Source: Phoronis australis | Lineage: Eukaryota > Animalia > Phoronida | Direction of reading: 5' to 3' | DNA: 64,000 nucleotides | NCBI GenBank assembly: GCA_002633005.1 | Contig: NMRA01000933.1 | Location: 1-64,000, forward strand | Shown: piece after piece, positions 60,703 through 64,000 of the stretch | Layout: the number at the start of each line of letters is the position of its first letter | How positions within the stretch are numbered: position 1 is the first letter of the stretch | Position numbers and translations under genes: made by a program | The notes under the pieces: generated by a model | What the model saw: the letters and a program-made list of their open reading frames with translations, nothing else | What the model was told of the DNA's origin: nothing | Database searches by the model: none

Positions 60703-61655
60703 TGATAAATTGGAGACGTTAGAACTGTAGGTAAGGGCATTTTTCGCATGTAGTTCATGGACTGGGCGCTTACTTTAGCAAAGTCTGAAAACGCGTTGGG
60801 GCACTTGTTGAGCCATGGGCGCTAATTAGGGCGAATAGCGGCAGAATTACATACAGCAGCGTAGTTTAATGCACACAAATTAGACGTCGTGCAAACCAGT
60901 CGGTCATCCCGTTTACCATCAACAATCCCAGTAGCCTTTGCGCACCCTAATTTCCGGACATGCGCAATCGTTAAATCGATTCGGTTGCAACTCCGCTATT
61001 GGCAAAACTGTTTTTCTGGTTGTATTACTTAAGTTGCTTACATCGCTGCTAAATGAGAACAGCCCACTATTTCAAAGGTTCACTACCAGTAGATTCACTA
61101 TTACGAAGGCTCACTGCTCCAAAAATATGCAAACTCAGATGTGATTTTTAACCTTTTACATGCAAAAATAAACGATCTTTTGGTTATTAGATGCACCTAT
61201 ACCGAAAGCAACGCCCGGGCATTAAAGCACTTTGTTTGAATTTCACGGCATGTAGACAGTGACCACCGTCTCCAGCTGACAAGCACAACTTAGGAAACGG
61301 TTGACAGGTTTCACTGAGCATAATCGAGAAATTTCCCGCATGTCTTAAAATGAGTACACACTTGCATTTTAAAATGATCTGAAGTAGAATACAGATGAAT
61401 TATCAACCATGTCACATTCATCAAATCCCCATGTCAAGATGGCATTGCAGTGCGACGCACAAGGACGGGTCGAAACTAAATGAAGTTAATAGGCCACCCT
61501 GTCCCTGCCAGTTTTCACGAAGTCAGGGAATCCCATTCAGTCTTCTTAAATTTGAAACCGCCGTTGGTCGCCGAAGCCTTGGTGCGTGCCCCAGATGTTG
61601 TCTCTGCTTGAGAATATGAGTCGTGATCACACAATCAAGAGTAGAGAACTGTCGG

Positions 61656-61770
61656 AGTTTTGGAATAGTGGAAATTCAAAATAGTGCGAATCTTAGAAGG
61701 TAACGAACCTTCGGAGTAGTGGACATTCGGAGTACTGGACCTTCGGAGTATTAAACCTTCGTCATAGTGA
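61656..61770. repeat. Degenerate 16-bp tandem repeat (RACCTTCGGAGTAGTG)
   Basis: aaccttcggagtagtg gacattcggagtactg gaccttcggagtatta aaccttcgtcatagtg, plus weaker upstream units; probably subterminal repeats of a DNA transposon. Confidence 0.7.
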
Positions 61771-64000
61771 CATGGAGCCTTGGAAATCTTTTCCATTAAG
61801 TTTGAAGCTCGATCGTATGAAGTCTGCAGGGTTGTGCACCATTGACATTGATTGACTACAGAAGATTTTCATTGACCATCATAACGTGAAAAAACTCGAC
61901 AGGTTACTCTCAGTGCAAGAAAACACGGTAGTTGAATGTCTGAATTTTGAGCACGACAGAGGACTGCCTGTAATGAACTCACTGAATTTAAAAGAACAGA
62001 AACGCTCTCACGTTTACACGCGTGGATGTCAATCCACAAATCCACAATCAAAGTGGACACTGGATGACAACATACTTGCATATTTGACGACCACTTTCAA
62101 TTCAAAAATTGAAAACGCCTACACTTCTACCGTACTATGCTTGCAATTAAACCAAAATAGCAGAATAACAAATCTGTTTTCTGCTCTTTGGTTTCTTGGC
62201 CGAGATTAAGGCATTCACGCCAAACTTATTTTTTGGGAGCTCTCTTGTTGCTAAACTCGTATGCTTAGGTATAGACATTCATTTCTAGACTCCGTTGTTA
62301 CCCTTTGTTGTAGCCACCACAAGCATAGTTTATGAATAACATAAAGCCTCCTCTTATTGTATGCACGATCCTGTCATCTGCAAACAGCAGCACTCGGGCG
62401 AATTTGGTCGAGTACGGCCCGATGCCACGCGAAGCGCTTTGAATCAGAAGCAAATTCAAAATTATTACTCAGTATTTTAGTTGTCATTGTACTTAGTAGC
62501 ACCAGTAGCTGTAACAGTTTTGTTGTTGTTGTCCATTTGTATCCTATCTTTCTTACCGTGAATAATACGCTTACAAGGAAGTCACGCATTTCTAAAGACA
62601 TGAGGGAATTTTCACAGCTCGTCCTTCGGAGCGGCTTGTACAAGGATCAAAGAGGGGCCGGAATCAGGTACAGTTGTGATGACCGCATTGCCCGACGCGA
62701 GCAAGACCCAATTAAATGTAATTATCCGACCATAAACTGTATTAGACATCTCTGCCTGTACATAATGGCGAATTTTCAAAATGCATTAACCACTAATTTT
62801 CGTCACGAACACCACGGCGGTATTCAGCTGGAAAAAAAACAACCAAGTACGGTTTTCGATTTTTAAAAATCGATGAACTGATAATCTAAAAACTACAACC
62901 ATTGGGTACCATTGAAGATAAACTACCGCGCGTATTGATATACATGTACTCGGTGGATATACAAACGCTGATCAGAGTTAACAATATCACTTGGATTCAT
63001 TTTTTAACATTCTTCCAATCTCGTTTAACCCGATTTTTGACCAGGAAACAGTTGTTGTGACCACTTTTCATTTTTTATTACTGAGATAGAATAGTTATGT
63101 AGTCAGTGCAACTGAAATTGTCCAGAGATCCCAAATCTTGAGTTTGGTTATCACCATATTTGCACTTTTGTTTATATTTTATAATTTGAGTTCTAATAAA
63201 GATAAAACTTTAATGACACGTGAAATGTTTAGTGTACCTGTAATGTGATAAGTTAGGGATGGGCTCACAATGAACTTAACTAATTAAGTTTAGCTGGCGA
63301 TCAAAATCTACGACTGTTTTGGTACTTCAAGTTCAAAACTTAGATAAAAAGTTATCAACCAGTTCCCGGTAAGAGAAAAAACAAGTGAGCATTAAAAATT
63401 AAATAAGGAAAACCTATACAAAATTTATCGTTCCTTTGGGAAGTGGCCCTTTGTGAAGAAAAAACACAAGTTAACCTTTTTAGTCATTTTGTAATATTTA
63501 TAATGTACCAAGTTAAAACTACTCTCCAGAGTTGCAGGCTATAACTCTGCAAAGTTCAGAGAAAACCAAATTGGGGGTATTAATAACAACCATTGTTAAG
63601 ACAGTAATGCTAGCAATTGTCTTTCCACTTCATTAGCTCAGATCTACTTCAATACAAAGGGCGTGCTGAATAGGCATCGTAACAGTTGTCTGGGGCTTAG
63701 GGAATCAGAGCAGTCAGCAGTGTAAGTGAGAAATTCTCCACATGTTAACAAATATGCTGGGGCTGGACCTTTTCAGCGGTGGAGGGGTTCGATCGAAAAA
63801 AGGTGAAACATAAACTAGAATCATTATTTGATTCAACTGCAAATCAGTAAGGATTTCCAAAAATATTGGATACTTCCTCCCCCAATGTGGATGCCCAAGG
63901 CCGTCGCCACAATGATGGCTGAGCACCATATACAACATCTATGAATAATTAATTTGAACGTCTTTTATATTCACTATGAATAGAAAAAGCGAACAGTTCC

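Larger units (their letters stand above)
59490..60997 (+). mobile_element. ISL2EU-like (Harbinger-related) element spanning the gap
   Basis: Perfect 14-bp TIR AGCGGAGTTGCAAC / GTTGCAACTCCGCT, AT on both flanks (AAT|...|ATT), YY1-like GCCGCCATATTGG just inside the left end, THAP relic downstream. Confidence 0.75.

Noticed and set aside
59469-60758. ORFs of 317-429 aa
   Set aside because: Artefacts of the N gap; the real signal is the + strand THAP relic
62357-62866. 169-aa + strand ORF
   Set aside because: No domain-like motifs or splice support

Overview
AT-rich invertebrate-type (metazoan) genomic DNA with two assembly gaps (25664-26240, 59826-60702) and a single N at 56912. The only intact host gene I can support is the 3' part of a + strand atypical soluble guanylate cyclase (Gyc88E/gcy-31-like). 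It has ten GT-AG-bounded, phase-consistent exons from 3202 to 29960, encoding 558 aa: HNOBA/PAS, coiled coil, cyclase domain and tail. The heme H-NOX exons were not found and presumably lie upstream of the window. The rest is mostly transposon debris: (1) a decayed, intron-containing Kolobok-type THAP-DDE transposon in the last intron, facing a second convergent THAP gene; (2) five THAP relics in total; (3) an ISL2EU-like element with an AT target duplication; (4) hAT-like MITEs with 5-bp target duplications; (5) CWG-targeting Harbinger-like MITEs; (6) a Helentron-type non-autonomous element carrying an internal ~150-bp array; (7) a near full-length degenerate HERO/NeSL-like RLE non-LTR retrotransposon, preceded head-to-tail by a second copy of its own 3' end and bearing foldable terminal sequences; (8) a ~3.4-kb tandem duplication that is probably uncollapsed haplotypes. 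All family names come from motif recognition by eye; no search was run. I found no clearly new intact biological system. The best leads are the two-THAP Kolobok architecture and the retroelement terminal RNA structures.
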